Positions 27,679 to 37,325 of a DNA stretch of 64,000 bases are shown one piece after another (the first letter of the stretch is position 1; the number at the start of each line of letters is the position of its first letter). The notes under the pieces were generated by a model. The model was not told the DNA's origin. It did not search any database and worked only from the letters and a program-made list of their open reading frames with translations. This DNA is from Thermoproteota archaeon (GTDB taxonomy: Archaea; Korarchaeota; Korarchaeia; Korarchaeales; Korarchaeaceae): contig JAOZFG010000004.1 of assembly GCA_027491435.1 (NCBI GenBank), positions 1-64,000 on the forward strand. Reading direction: 5' to 3'. The position numbers were made by a program, and so were the translations under genes.

Positions 27679-29475
27679 TTGGAGAATATGAGGAGGTTCA
27701 GACAGCCGTTAGTAGCGGTTTTAGGTCATGTAGACTCAGGTAAGACGACCCTTCTCGACTACATCAGGAGGACCCGGGTTGCAGCGAAGGAACCCGGGTC
27801 CATAACTCAACACGTTGGGGCCTCAGAGATACCCACCGATGTTATATACAAGATATGCAAGCCGGTGATGGAGGCTTTGGGCTTAAAGTTCGAGATAAAG
27901 ACAGGGGGTTTGCTTTTCATAGACCTACCAGGGCATGAGGTGTTCACTAACCTGAGGAAGCGAGGAGGGTCAGTAGCTGACATAGCCATACTGGTCATAG
28001 ACATAAATGGGGGAGTTCAGCCTCAGACCGTCGAATCCATAAACATTTTGAAGGAAAGGAAGGTGCCCTTCATTATCGCTTTGAACAAAATTGACACGAT
28101 ATACGGTTGGAAGTCTGAGGAGGGAAGGCCCTTCATAATCGCCGAGAAAGAACAGTCTCCCTCAGTAATAGCTGAGCTCGAGAAGAAGTTGTACAGGGTG
28201 GTGGATCAGCTTGCCTCTTACGGAATCATAGCCGACAGGTACGATAGGATTGCCGATTTTACCAAGACGTTTGCCATAGTGCCCACCAGCGCCGTGACTG
28301 GAGAAGGGATACCAGACCTCCTCACCGTACTGATAGGGCTAGTTCAGAGGTACATGTTAGATCGGCTAGAAATAAAGTTGGAGGAAGGTAGGGGGAGCGT
28401 GCTGGAAGTTAAGCAGCAGCCCGGGCTTGGCACAGTCTTGACAGCCATTATATACGATGGAACCCTAAGAAAAGATGACACCATAGTAGTTGCAGGGGCT
28501 AGAGGGCCTGTGGTCACCAAGGTAAGGGCTCTCCTAGTACCGGAGCCCCTTCAAGAGATGAGGATGACCAAGAAGTTCAAGAGGATCGATGAAGTCTCGG
28601 CGGCAGCTGGAGTGATGATATCCGCCCCCAACTTGGACGATGTGCTTCCGGGCTCGCCCCTTTACGTGGTCAGAGATCCCTCTAAAGTAGAGCAGGTTAA
28701 GGAGGAGGTCAGGAAGGAGATTCAAGGCATTATAATAAACACGGATAAAGTGGGGGTCATAGTTAAGGCTGATACTTTGGGCTCACTGGAGGCCTTAATC
28801 GCCCAGCTATCCAAGGAGGGCATTCCCATAAGGAGGGCTGACATAGGGGACGTGAGCAAAACTGACGTGTTCGAGGCTACCGTGATAAAGTCTAAAGACC
28901 ATAGGTACGCCGCCATACTCGCCTTCAACGTTAAGGTTCCGGAAGACATAGAGAGGGAAGCCCAATCCAGGGGCATCCTAATCTTCAGGGACGTGATAAT
29001 CTACCAGCTGATTGACTCGTTCAAGAAATATCTAGAGGAGCTGAAGAGGAGGGAAGTGGAGAAGATACTGGCTAAATCTGTGTTCCCCGCCGAACTATTA
29101 GTCCTGGAGGGTTTCGTCTTCAGGAGGAGCGAACCGGCCATAATAGGGGTGGAGGTGCTGGCCGGGAGGATAAAGCCAGGGTATCCCCTCATTAACGAGA
29201 GGGGGAAGAGGGTAGGTCAAATTTTAGACATACAGCACGAGGGTAGGAGGCTAAGGGAAGCTAAGGCAGGTGACAGGGTAGCCATTTCAGTTAAAGGGGG
29301 TGTGGTGGGCAGGAACATAAAAGAGGGCAGAAAACTTTACACAGACGTCACCGAAGTTTACGATGAAAAAACCAGGGACGTGTACTTCGGTCACATGACT
29401 GATGAAGAGAAGGAGCTCTATAAAAAGATAATAAATATAAAGTACCAGCTGGGGCAGGGACAAACCACTTTTTAA
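27679..29475 (+). CDS. infB: Translation initiation factor aIF5B (IF-2)
   Basis: GHVDSGKTT, ITQHVGA, D.PGHE.F, NKID, KADTLGSLEA. Confidence 0.97.
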   Translation: MENMRRFRQPLVAVLGHVDSGKTTLLDYIRRTRVAAKEPGSITQHVGASEIPTDVIYKICKPVMEALGLKFEIKTGGLLFIDLPGHEVFTNLRKRGGSVADIAILVIDINGGVQPQTVESINILKERKVPFIIALNKIDTIYGWKSEEGRPFIIAEKEQSPSVIAELEKKLYRVVDQLASYGIIADRYDRIADFTKTFAIVPTSAVTGEGIPDLLTVLIGLVQRYMLDRLEIKLEEGRGSVLEVKQQPGLGTVLTAIIYDGTLRKDDTIVVAGARGPVVTKVRALLVPEPLQEMRMTKKFKRIDEVSAAAGVMISAPNLDDVLPGSPLYVVRDPSKVEQVKEEVRKEIQGIIINTDKVGVIVKADTLGSLEALIAQLSKEGIPIRRADIGDVSKTDVFEATVIKSKDHRYAAILAFNVKVPEDIEREAQSRGILIFRDVIIYQLIDSFKKYLEELKRREVEKILAKSVFPAELLVLEGFVFRRSEPAIIGVEVLAGRIKPGYPLINERGKRVGQILDIQHEGRRLREAKAGDRVAISVKGGVVGRNIKEGRKLYTDVTEVYDEKTRDVYFGHMTDEEKELYKKIINIKYQLGQGQTTF

Positions 29476-29523
29476 TGCGTCCACCTTTTTAATTCCCGAA
29501 CAGTTGGGAGTCAAGGTGATCCC

Positions 29524-29952
29524 ATGTCAAGTAGAAGGAGGAGAGCTGTAGAGGAAGAGGTATTGATACTGGACGTCAGCGACCCTTCTACCGGAAAGAC
29601 TTACCACGTGAAGCTCCCCAAAGATAACATCAAGCTGTTCATAGGGAAGAAGCTAGGTGACGTGGTACCAGGCGACCCGCTGGGCTTTAACGGTTACAGC
29701 TTCAAGATAACAGGGGGCTCTGACAAGGACGGTTTTCCTATGCACCCCTCCCTCCAATCGACTGGTAAGAAGAAGATACTGCTTTCAGGACCTCCCGGCT
29801 TTCACCCAAGGAGAAAGGGTGAGAGAAGAGCTAAGACTGTAAGGGGAGCTATAATATCGGATGCAATTAAACAGATAAACCTCAAGATAATAGAGAAGGG
29901 CGAGAAAGATCTAGAGGAACTCTTGAAGAGGGAAGAGGAGGACAATCAGTAA
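29524..29952 (+). CDS. rps6e: 30S ribosomal protein S6e
   Basis: ITGGSDKDGFPM, GER..KTVRG. Confidence 0.96.
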   Translation: MSSRRRRAVEEEVLILDVSDPSTGKTYHVKLPKDNIKLFIGKKLGDVVPGDPLGFNGYSFKITGGSDKDGFPMHPSLQSTGKKKILLSGPPGFHPRRKGERRAKTVRGAIISDAIKQINLKIIEKGEKDLEELLKREEEDNQ

Positions 29953-29962
29953 GGTGGGTTAA

Positions 29963-31219
29963 TTGGAACCGCTTCAACCTGAGATGAATATTGGAACTGC
30001 CGGTCACGTGGATCACGGTAAGTCCACGCTAGTTCAGGCTCTAACTGGCGTATGGCCTGAGCGCCACAGCGAGGAGCTGAGGAGGGGTATAACTATAAAA
30101 CTCGGGTACGCGAACGCTGACCTGAGGAAGTGTAAGTCCTGTGAGGACGATGATCCCAACTGCTACACCACCTTTGAGAGGTGTCCCATTGACGGTGGAG
30201 ACACCGTGCTGCTGAGGAAGGTGTCCTTTGTAGACTGTCCAGGACATGATACCCTCATGGCTACCATGCTTGCCGGCTCAACCTTGATGGACGCAGCATT
30301 ACTGGTAATAGCAGCAAATGAACCCGCTCCACAACCCCAGACTAGAGAACACCTTTTCGCGCTGAAGATAATGGAAGTCAAACAGATAATCGTGGTTCAA
30401 ACCAAGATAGAGCTCGTAAGCTTCGAAGATGCTGTAAAAAATTATGAACAAATAACGGAGTTCCTCAAGGAGAACTGGGGTGAAGTGCCCCCTATAATTC
30501 CGGTGTCAGCGCTACACGGGGTTAACATAGGCTATCTTATAAGGGAGATGGTCAAGAGGTTCAAGCCTCCAATCAGGGATCCAAATAAAGAGCCTCTTAT
30601 GTACGTGGCCAGGTCTTTCGACGTAAATAAACCGGGTACTAGGCCAGAAGACCTAAAGGGCGGCGTACTTGGCGGAACTATCGTGCAGGGCAGGTTCAGG
30701 GTTGGTGATGAGATAGAGATAAGGCCAGGCGTGCCTAGAGCAGGTAAATTCGTCCCCCTAACCACTAAGATAGTGAGCCTCAGGAGTGAAAACACCCCAT
30801 TAGAGGAGGCTTATCCGGGAGGGCTTATAGGTGTGGGCACACTCCTCGACCCAGCCATAACTAAGGCGGATAACTTGGTAGGGGCAGTGGTTGGAATGCC
30901 CGGAAGTCTACCACCCACCTGGAGGGAGCTGGACGTCGAGGCCCACTTCTTCAAGAAGATAGTGGGAACTAGGGAGGAGATGGACGTTAAAAAGCCGAGT
31001 AAGGGAGAGTTCATCCAGCTTAACGTGGGAACTGCCACCATCCCAGCGATCCTGAAGGACATAGTTGACGAGGGCGAAGTGACTAACCTGTCCCTCCTGT
31101 TGAAGATACCGGCTGTGGCCAAAGAGGGTCAGAGGGTGGCCATTTCGACAAGAATAGGCAACAGGTGGAGGCTGGTTGGGTACGGACACATAAGGGGAGG
31201 GATGGAGTATTCCTACTGA
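29963..31219 (+). CDS. eif2g: Translation initiation factor 2 subunit gamma
   Basis: QPE.NIG..GHVDHGK, HSEE..RGITI.LGY, DCPGH, PQPQT.EH, RWRL.G.G. Confidence 0.97.
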   Translation: MEPLQPEMNIGTAGHVDHGKSTLVQALTGVWPERHSEELRRGITIKLGYANADLRKCKSCEDDDPNCYTTFERCPIDGGDTVLLRKVSFVDCPGHDTLMATMLAGSTLMDAALLVIAANEPAPQPQTREHLFALKIMEVKQIIVVQTKIELVSFEDAVKNYEQITEFLKENWGEVPPIIPVSALHGVNIGYLIREMVKRFKPPIRDPNKEPLMYVARSFDVNKPGTRPEDLKGGVLGGTIVQGRFRVGDEIEIRPGVPRAGKFVPLTTKIVSLRSENTPLEEAYPGGLIGVGTLLDPAITKADNLVGAVVGMPGSLPPTWRELDVEAHFFKKIVGTREEMDVKKPSKGEFIQLNVGTATIPAILKDIVDEGEVTNLSLLLKIPAVAKEGQRVAISTRIGNRWRLVGYGHIRGGMEYSY

Positions 31220-31257
31220 GCGAAAGGTTTTTAGATCTACTATATTCATCTAGCCTA

Positions 31258-31334
31258 GCGGCCGTGGTCTAGCCTGGACAGGATGCCGGCCCTCCAAGCC
31301 GGCGACCCGGGTTCAAATCCCGGCGGCCGCACCA
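31258..31334 (+). tRNA. tRNA-Gly(TCC) (C at position 33)
   Basis: GCGGCCG/CGGCCGC acceptor, stem CCGGC/GCCGG, loop CC-TCC-AA; CCA encoded. Confidence 0.93.
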
Positions 31335-31352
31335 CTTTTCAGGTGCCTTATC

Positions 31353-31694
31353 ATGTCGAGCGAGGACTGGGAAGAGCTTGAGAGGTTAGTTAAGGAGATC
31401 GCCAGGAAGAGCGGCTATAAATATGATAAATCTATTAACTTAATCGCCGAACTAACCATAGCTTTTTTAAGATCAATCATAGATGGCAAGAGGAAATACA
31501 GAGTGATAATGGAGAGGCTAGGGGATAAGGCGGAGTGGATGACAGTGGCCTTTACCGCCAAGAAGATACCTGCGTGCAAGCACCCTTGCGCATTTTCAGG
31601 TAACCTAGAAACGGTGCTCTCCCTCTACGGGTTCGGTAACATGAATTACATGACCCTGCTTAAAATGATGAGGAAGGTACCCGATGAGATATAG
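31353..31694 (+). CDS. Hypothetical protein
   Basis: ATG after AGGTG; overlaps the next gene; contains CxxxC. Confidence 0.6.
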   Translation: MSSEDWEELERLVKEIARKSGYKYDKSINLIAELTIAFLRSIIDGKRKYRVIMERLGDKAEWMTVAFTAKKIPACKHPCAFSGNLETVLSLYGFGNMNYMTLLKMMRKVPDEI

Positions 31695-33330
31695 TCACCT
31701 AGCCCTTATAGCCCTATTAGTTCTACCACTCTTTAACTCGAGTGCAATTCAAGGGATTAACCTTCAAGTGTTTTTAGCTCAGGATAAGGAGACTCTAATA
31801 TATTCCCTACTCAACTACAGAAAGGGAACTAGAATAATTTACAGAAGGTTGAACCCAGCCTTAAATGGGGAGGTTAAGTTAGAAAAACCTAAAATTCCAG
31901 GGGATATACCTAAGGATTTACTCAATCTAGAAGGCAATAAGTTGACCCTAATCGTCTGGCGATTAAGCGAGACCAAGCGTTTCAACGAGAGCCTGGACGT
32001 CCTTTACAGAGAAGCCTTATCAGAATTAAAGGAGCCTAGAGAGGTGGCTATCTTGTTTTACTCTTCAGACGGTTGGGAGTACTCATTACTGGCCTCTTAC
32101 ATGGCTTTAATTAAGGGAGGAAAGCCTGTTGACCTCACGTACTTTGAAGACAATTTAACTGATGTTTTGAGGGGCTCCAAGTACTTGGTGCTGGTCACAC
32201 CCCCCATCCATAAGGCTAACTTGGGTAGAGTTAAGCGGCTGATACGCCTGGCATCGTCGTTCGATGAGGACCCATACATAGACGTACCCTACGGAATAAT
32301 GACCGGCCTTTCGGTGAGCGATGTATACAATATGGTTCTGCTGTCTGACCTCTACGCTAGAGAAAGGGAGATGGGAGGGATCTCCCTATACGACTCCATC
32401 CCGCTGTTGAATAAACTCTCCTATATAGCTAGATCTGCCGGTCTTATCGTTAAAACTTTAAAATCAGATCCGCAGAACAGGAACATAAGTTATGCAGATC
32501 TGAGGGGGTTTATGGAGGGGCGCTCCGGCATACTCTACGTGAACCTCCATGGAAACCCACAGGCTATGGCTCTAACTCAGACGGGTCCCCTTGTACTAGA
32601 CTACTCCAACGTTCCGAACCTTAAAGGAGCTGTAGTTCTAACATTCTCATGTAACACGCTTAAATTCGAGGAAATAGAAGATCCTACAGCGTCCATAGCC
32701 TACAACTTCGTGGCTAAGGGTGCGTCAGCTTATGTCGGTTCCAATAGGCTAGAATACCTCTACGGCAGGGAAGTAGGTACCAGCTATCCCGACATGTTGC
32801 TCCTCCTCACTCTCAGGATGAACTATACGTTAGGAGAGGCCGTCATGATACTGAACAACATGCACATTAGGGAGCTCATGATGAAGGGGGTGAATAACAT
32901 AGATGCGGCCTACGAAGTTCTAATTGGCGACCCAACTCTAAGGCTTTTCAGGGGGAAGAGAGCTCTAATTGAGGTCAGCCTCATAAGCCCCAACGAGTTT
33001 AAGGCAGTTCTGAAGGAGGAGCTCCCCTCCATCTACTTAAGCTTCGACACAAGGGTTAACTGGGACTCTATCAAGCCAAGAGTTGAGGTGAAAGGCTTAC
33101 CTTCAGTCTACGTAGCTTGGTATTCTGAGAAAGCAGGAGAAAAATCCCGTGTTCACATCTACCTAACCACATCCCTTTATGACTACCTCGGGAACTTAGA
33201 TCCTACTAACTTAATTTTTGTAAAAATAATTGAGGAAAGTCCAATAATTAATGTTCTACCATATGCTATAATACTCATTACGGTATTGTTAGTTGGGTTA
33301 AAAGTGAGTAGGGACGACCTTAAAAGTTAA
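31684..33330 (+). CDS. Surface-anchored C25 (gingipain-like) cysteine peptidase-domain protein
   Basis: Signal peptide; D.PYG, LHG.P (His), FSCN (Cys), GA.AYVG, .GDP; C-terminal TM. Confidence 0.7.
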   Translation: MRYSHLALIALLVLPLFNSSAIQGINLQVFLAQDKETLIYSLLNYRKGTRIIYRRLNPALNGEVKLEKPKIPGDIPKDLLNLEGNKLTLIVWRLSETKRFNESLDVLYREALSELKEPREVAILFYSSDGWEYSLLASYMALIKGGKPVDLTYFEDNLTDVLRGSKYLVLVTPPIHKANLGRVKRLIRLASSFDEDPYIDVPYGIMTGLSVSDVYNMVLLSDLYAREREMGGISLYDSIPLLNKLSYIARSAGLIVKTLKSDPQNRNISYADLRGFMEGRSGILYVNLHGNPQAMALTQTGPLVLDYSNVPNLKGAVVLTFSCNTLKFEEIEDPTASIAYNFVAKGASAYVGSNRLEYLYGREVGTSYPDMLLLLTLRMNYTLGEAVMILNNMHIRELMMKGVNNIDAAYEVLIGDPTLRLFRGKRALIEVSLISPNEFKAVLKEELPSIYLSFDTRVNWDSIKPRVEVKGLPSVYVAWYSEKAGEKSRVHIYLTTSLYDYLGNLDPTNLIFVKIIEESPIINVLPYAIILITVLLVGLKVSRDDLKS

Positions 33331-33357
33331 ATAAGGGGAGGGGTTTACTTGAACTGA

Positions 33358-33431
33358 GCCCCGGTAGCTCAGCTGGTCAGAGCGCCGCCTTGGTAAGGCG
33401 GAGGTCGCGGGTTCGAATCCCGCCCGGGGCT
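33358..33431 (+). tRNA. tRNA-Thr(GGT)
   Basis: GCCCCGG/CCGGGGC-T; loop TT-GGT-AA. Confidence 0.97.
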
Positions 33432-33459
33432 CTCTTAAATTGAGTATGGGGTGTAAATT

Positions 33460-34062
33460 TTGGTTTTAGCCACGGCCCTCGGAGTAAAGTATAAGGAGGG
33501 AGTTGTGCTAGCTGCTGATAGGAGAGTAGCCTATGGCACGTTTATCTTAAGCAAGGCTGCTCGTAAGGTATTTTCAATCAACGATAAGGTGGGAATTTCC
33601 ACCGCCGGTCTACCCGGCGATTTTCAGGAGCTCGTAGATGCCATCAAATATAACATCTTTATGTATGAAATGGATGCTGAGAAGAAAGCCTCACCAACAA
33701 ACGTGGCAAAATTATTAAGCCTACTGCTCTATCAGGGCAGGTTCAGGGGCATCTACTACGCTGAGCTGATAGTCGGGGGAATTGAAGGCGGAGTTCCAAA
33801 AATATACGTGTTAGATCCAGCTGGCGGTCTCCTGGAGGAAGATTACGTGGCTGTAGGAACTGGAGCTCAAGTAGCAACTGGGATACTCGAGAGGTGGTAT
33901 AAGAGAGACATGGATAAGGCCGAGGCTGAAGACTTAGCAGTTAAGGCCATGAAAGAGGCGATAGAAAGGGATGCCCTCTCGGGAGATGGCATCGACCTCC
34001 TGATTATTGATAAATCCGGTAAGGAGGAGAAGTACGTACCCCTGAGATCAGTCTTGCAATGA
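33460..34062 (+). CDS. psmB: Proteasome subunit beta (probably non-catalytic paralog)
   Basis: GVVLAAD.R, K.F.I, GTG, ERD..SG.G; N-terminus MVLATALG has no propeptide and no Gly-Thr1. Confidence 0.9.
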   Translation: MVLATALGVKYKEGVVLAADRRVAYGTFILSKAARKVFSINDKVGISTAGLPGDFQELVDAIKYNIFMYEMDAEKKASPTNVAKLLSLLLYQGRFRGIYYAELIVGGIEGGVPKIYVLDPAGGLLEEDYVAVGTGAQVATGILERWYKRDMDKAEAEDLAVKAMKEAIERDALSGDGIDLLIIDKSGKEEKYVPLRSVLQ

Positions 34063-34075
34063 GGGGGGGATTTGA

Positions 34076-35194
34076 ATAGATATAGACGAGGGAAGGCTTA
34101 AATCAATTCTGATAGACCTGGTAGGCATAAAGAGCTTCAGGGGCATGGAGGGGGAGGTTGTCTATTACTTAATGGGTAAGCTTTCAAAGTACTCCAGCAG
34201 GATACAGCATCAGCCTGTAAAGGACTGTGCAGGTAATGTAGTAGCCTACCTTAACGGTGATACAAAGGAATCCATACTATTCCTGGCCCATATGGATACA
34301 TTTGAGATATTCTCCAACTGGAAGAGGAACCCTTGGGGTGAGATAGAGGGGGACCGCCTCTACGGACTGGGCGCGTACGACGCCAAAGCCGGATTGGCAG
34401 CCATGGTAGAGGCCTTCATTACTCTGAATTCTATGAATCCGAGGCCTTCCCTCATCCTAGCCGCTGTCTGTGACGCTGAGGGGTTTAGCAGAGGCGCTTA
34501 CGAGCTGGTTAAGAGTGGTGTCCTGTCCAATGTGAAAGCGGCGATAGTGTCTGGCCCTACTAACATGAAAGTTATGAGAGGAGCTTACGGGAGGTTCGTC
34601 TTCGACGTGGACGTTAAGGGAGCAGCGGCTATAGGTACTGAGGAGGCGGGAATAAACGCTATAATAGAGGCGGCGAAGATAATACTTTGGGCTGTGAAGA
34701 TACCCAAACTTGACGGCATTGGCGGCAGCGTTGCTCCCCTTAACGTGAAGTCTCCCGAGCTTATAATCGCCCACCCTGACAGGTGTATGATCAGGCTTGA
34801 CAGGCACTACCCACCCGGTCAGGAGCCGGGCGTGGTTAGGAGGAAGTTCACTAACCTACTCAGGAAAACGCCTGAGCTGGCCGCTAAGGTGACTGTGAAT
34901 CTAATGAAAAGGCCCACTCCATTCATGGAACCCTTCGAGCTACCTGAGGACCACGAGTGGGTCGTTAAAGTAGCTGAAGCCGTAAAAGAGATTACTGGGG
35001 AAACTCCCAAGCTGGAGGTCTACCGTACGGTGTCAGACGCCAATTACCTCTACACTTTAGGCAACGTACCAGCTGTCATACTGGGGCCTAGAGGAGGGAA
35101 CCACCACTCATCGGACGAGTTCGTCGAACTGAGCAGTGTGTATGATTTAGCCAGATCTTTGGTCTCCTTAACCTCATCCGAACTTGAGGAGTGA
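34076..35194 (+). CDS. M20/ArgE/DapE-family metallohydrolase homolog (degenerate active site; start uncertain, ATA 34076 or ATG 34145)
   Basis: AHMDT, GLGAYDAK, SDAN, GP.G..HS.DE; the conserved L..LV.I.S..G.E segment lies upstream of the first ATG. Confidence 0.8.
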   Translation: MDIDEGRLKSILIDLVGIKSFRGMEGEVVYYLMGKLSKYSSRIQHQPVKDCAGNVVAYLNGDTKESILFLAHMDTFEIFSNWKRNPWGEIEGDRLYGLGAYDAKAGLAAMVEAFITLNSMNPRPSLILAAVCDAEGFSRGAYELVKSGVLSNVKAAIVSGPTNMKVMRGAYGRFVFDVDVKGAAAIGTEEAGINAIIEAAKIILWAVKIPKLDGIGGSVAPLNVKSPELIIAHPDRCMIRLDRHYPPGQEPGVVRRKFTNLLRKTPELAAKVTVNLMKRPTPFMEPFELPEDHEWVVKVAEAVKEITGETPKLEVYRTVSDANYLYTLGNVPAVILGPRGGNHHSSDEFVELSSVYDLARSLVSLTSSELEE

Positions 35195-35208
35195 AGGGAG
35201 AAGAGTAG

Positions 35209-36318
35209 ATGTCGTCTGACGTCCTCTTAGGGATTCTATCATTTTGGGCGGTTCTCTACCTAATAACCCTTCCCCTAAGGTCCAAAGGGGTTAAAGTTTC
35301 CCTCTTTTACGTGGAGGTATCAACTAAGCCTGAAAGGTTGCCTGGAGTCTCCTTACTCACCAAGCGGGTAGGGCGTTTAACTAAGTACAGTCCAGCTATT
35401 TTGGTCGCCTTGATGTTTCTCTCAGCTTACTTCCTGTTTGACGTAACCTTTAGGTCCCTGATGAAACCCTCAGAAGCCACTCCGGCAGTGGTGCCAGTGA
35501 TACCAGGGGTTACGGTCTCGTTAGACGTTCCTATCCTCCTTTCTATATTCCTAACTTTATTTCCTCACGAGCTTGGACACGTCATATCCTCTCTAAAAAA
35601 CGGAATTTCTGTAAAAAGAATATCGTTTTTCATGCTATTTATAATCCCCGGGGCTTTTGTAGAACCAGATGAGCCAGCCATGAAAAGCTTGAATTGGAGA
35701 AGGAGGGTGGACATCTTCTCGTCAGGCGTATTAATGAACGTGCTTGTAGCAATTTTGGCTGCCTTACTGACTATAGGCATGTTCCCTGGATTTCCCAACA
35801 ACCCTTCAGGGGTATACGTGATAGAAGTTCAGAAGGGAGGGCCATCATATGGAATCCTGCCTAATCACGTTGTGATAACATCAATTGATCAATACGAAGT
35901 GAGGAACTTGGAGGACCTGCACGAGGCCCTTAAGAAGTACTCCCCAGGCGACGTAGTAACTATTAAGACGAATCGAGGGAACTTTAGGGTAAAGCTAGGT
36001 AAAAGTCCATATAAGGAGGGAATGCCCTGGATAGGGATAAAGCTCTCCCCATTCCCGTACTACAAGCCCCTAGTTCCTTTACCTCCCAACCTGTCCCTGG
36101 AGATCCTAAGGACTCTGATCCTCATCTCATTATTCAACATAAGCGTTGGAGGGCTCAACTCTTTGCCAATGTATCCACTGGATGGATATCATGTGGCTAA
36201 AGAGCTTCTAATCAAAAAGATAGGGAATGAGGACGTGGTTAAGGGCATACTGTGGTCATCTAGCATGCTATTTCTGTTATTGCTTGTGTACAACGCCCTG
36301 TTATTCTTCATAAGGTGA
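35209..36318 (+). CDS. Site-2 protease (M50) with PDZ domain
   Basis: HELGH, GAFVEPDE, G..MN, PDZ insert, NSLP.YPLDG. Confidence 0.92.
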   Translation: MSSDVLLGILSFWAVLYLITLPLRSKGVKVSLFYVEVSTKPERLPGVSLLTKRVGRLTKYSPAILVALMFLSAYFLFDVTFRSLMKPSEATPAVVPVIPGVTVSLDVPILLSIFLTLFPHELGHVISSLKNGISVKRISFFMLFIIPGAFVEPDEPAMKSLNWRRRVDIFSSGVLMNVLVAILAALLTIGMFPGFPNNPSGVYVIEVQKGGPSYGILPNHVVITSIDQYEVRNLEDLHEALKKYSPGDVVTIKTNRGNFRVKLGKSPYKEGMPWIGIKLSPFPYYKPLVPLPPNLSLEILRTLILISLFNISVGGLNSLPMYPLDGYHVAKELLIKKIGNEDVVKGILWSSSMLFLLLLVYNALLFFIR

Positions 36319-37325
36319 CTCTGATGACTAACCCCTACAAAGAGGCTTCCCCACCACTGAGAACGGATAAGCTAATAGATCTGGCCTTCAGAAGGGCCTT
36401 TAAGAGAAAACACAGTGTTAAGGGATCGAATATAGTTGAAATAGCTAGGGAGAGGGAGATAGCCAGAATAAGGTCCATGACTGACACTGTCGTTAGCAGG
36501 CTCCTAAACGTAGTCAAGTCCTTCCCAACGGTGGACAACTTACATCCCTTTTACAAGGAGCTGGCTCACGTGTTGGTTGACGTGGACAAGCTTAGAAAGT
36601 CCTTGGCAGCCGCTCAGTGGGCGGCCCAGACAATAAGCAGAGTCTCCAAGGTCTATATAAGGAGAATTGCCAGATCAGACGATCCAGACGTTATGGCTAA
36701 GCTTAGAAAGGAGTTTACCGGCAGGTTCTCATCGATACTTAAGCAAGTTTCAGAGAACATAGACTACTTGGCGGGCTCGGTGAACACCCTGAAGGATTTG
36801 CCAGACATTGACACGAACTTGCCCACGGTGGTCTTAGCAGGCATGCCAAATACAGGTAAGAGTACGATAATAAGGCATCTTTCATCGGCTGAGCCAGAGA
36901 TAGCGCCTTATCCATTCACCACGAAGGGCCTAGTGGTGGGCCATAGCGAGTTTCCAGGCGTAGGTAAGGTTCAGTTTATAGACACTCCTGGCCTCCTGGA
37001 CAGGCCACTGGCTAAGAGGAACTGGATAGAGAGGCAGGCCATACTAGCCCTTAGGTACTTAGGACGGCTTATCGTTTACGTTTTCGACCCGACGGAAACC
37101 TGTGGTTACACCGTGGAGAGTCAACTTTCCCTCTACAGGGAGATCTTAGAAGAGTTTGAGGTATCAGTGGTTAAAGTCGCAAATAAATCCGATATTTCGG
37201 AATTATTTTACAAAAAATTACATAAAATTGTTAGGGAGGCCGGGGACGTCATCGAAATGTCCGCCGAGCTCGGGGAGGGGGTTGACGAACTGAGGAGAGC
37301 CATATGGAGAGAGTTAAGAAAATAG
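36315..37325 (+). CDS. NOG1-family GTPase
   Basis: LHPFY, G.PN.GKS, YPFTT, DTPGLLDRP...RN.IE.QA, NK.D. Confidence 0.93.
   Translation: MTLMTNPYKEASPPLRTDKLIDLAFRRAFKRKHSVKGSNIVEIAREREIARIRSMTDTVVSRLLNVVKSFPTVDNLHPFYKELAHVLVDVDKLRKSLAAAQWAAQTISRVSKVYIRRIARSDDPDVMAKLRKEFTGRFSSILKQVSENIDYLAGSVNTLKDLPDIDTNLPTVVLAGMPNTGKSTIIRHLSSAEPEIAPYPFTTKGLVVGHSEFPGVGKVQFIDTPGLLDRPLAKRNWIERQAILALRYLGRLIVYVFDPTETCGYTVESQLSLYREILEEFEVSVVKVANKSDISELFYKKLHKIVREAGDVIEMSAELGEGVDELRRAIWRELRK

Noticed and set aside
31258-33431. Possible integrated element between tRNA-Gly and tRNA-Thr
   Set aside because: No duplicated tRNA 3' end and no integrase seen
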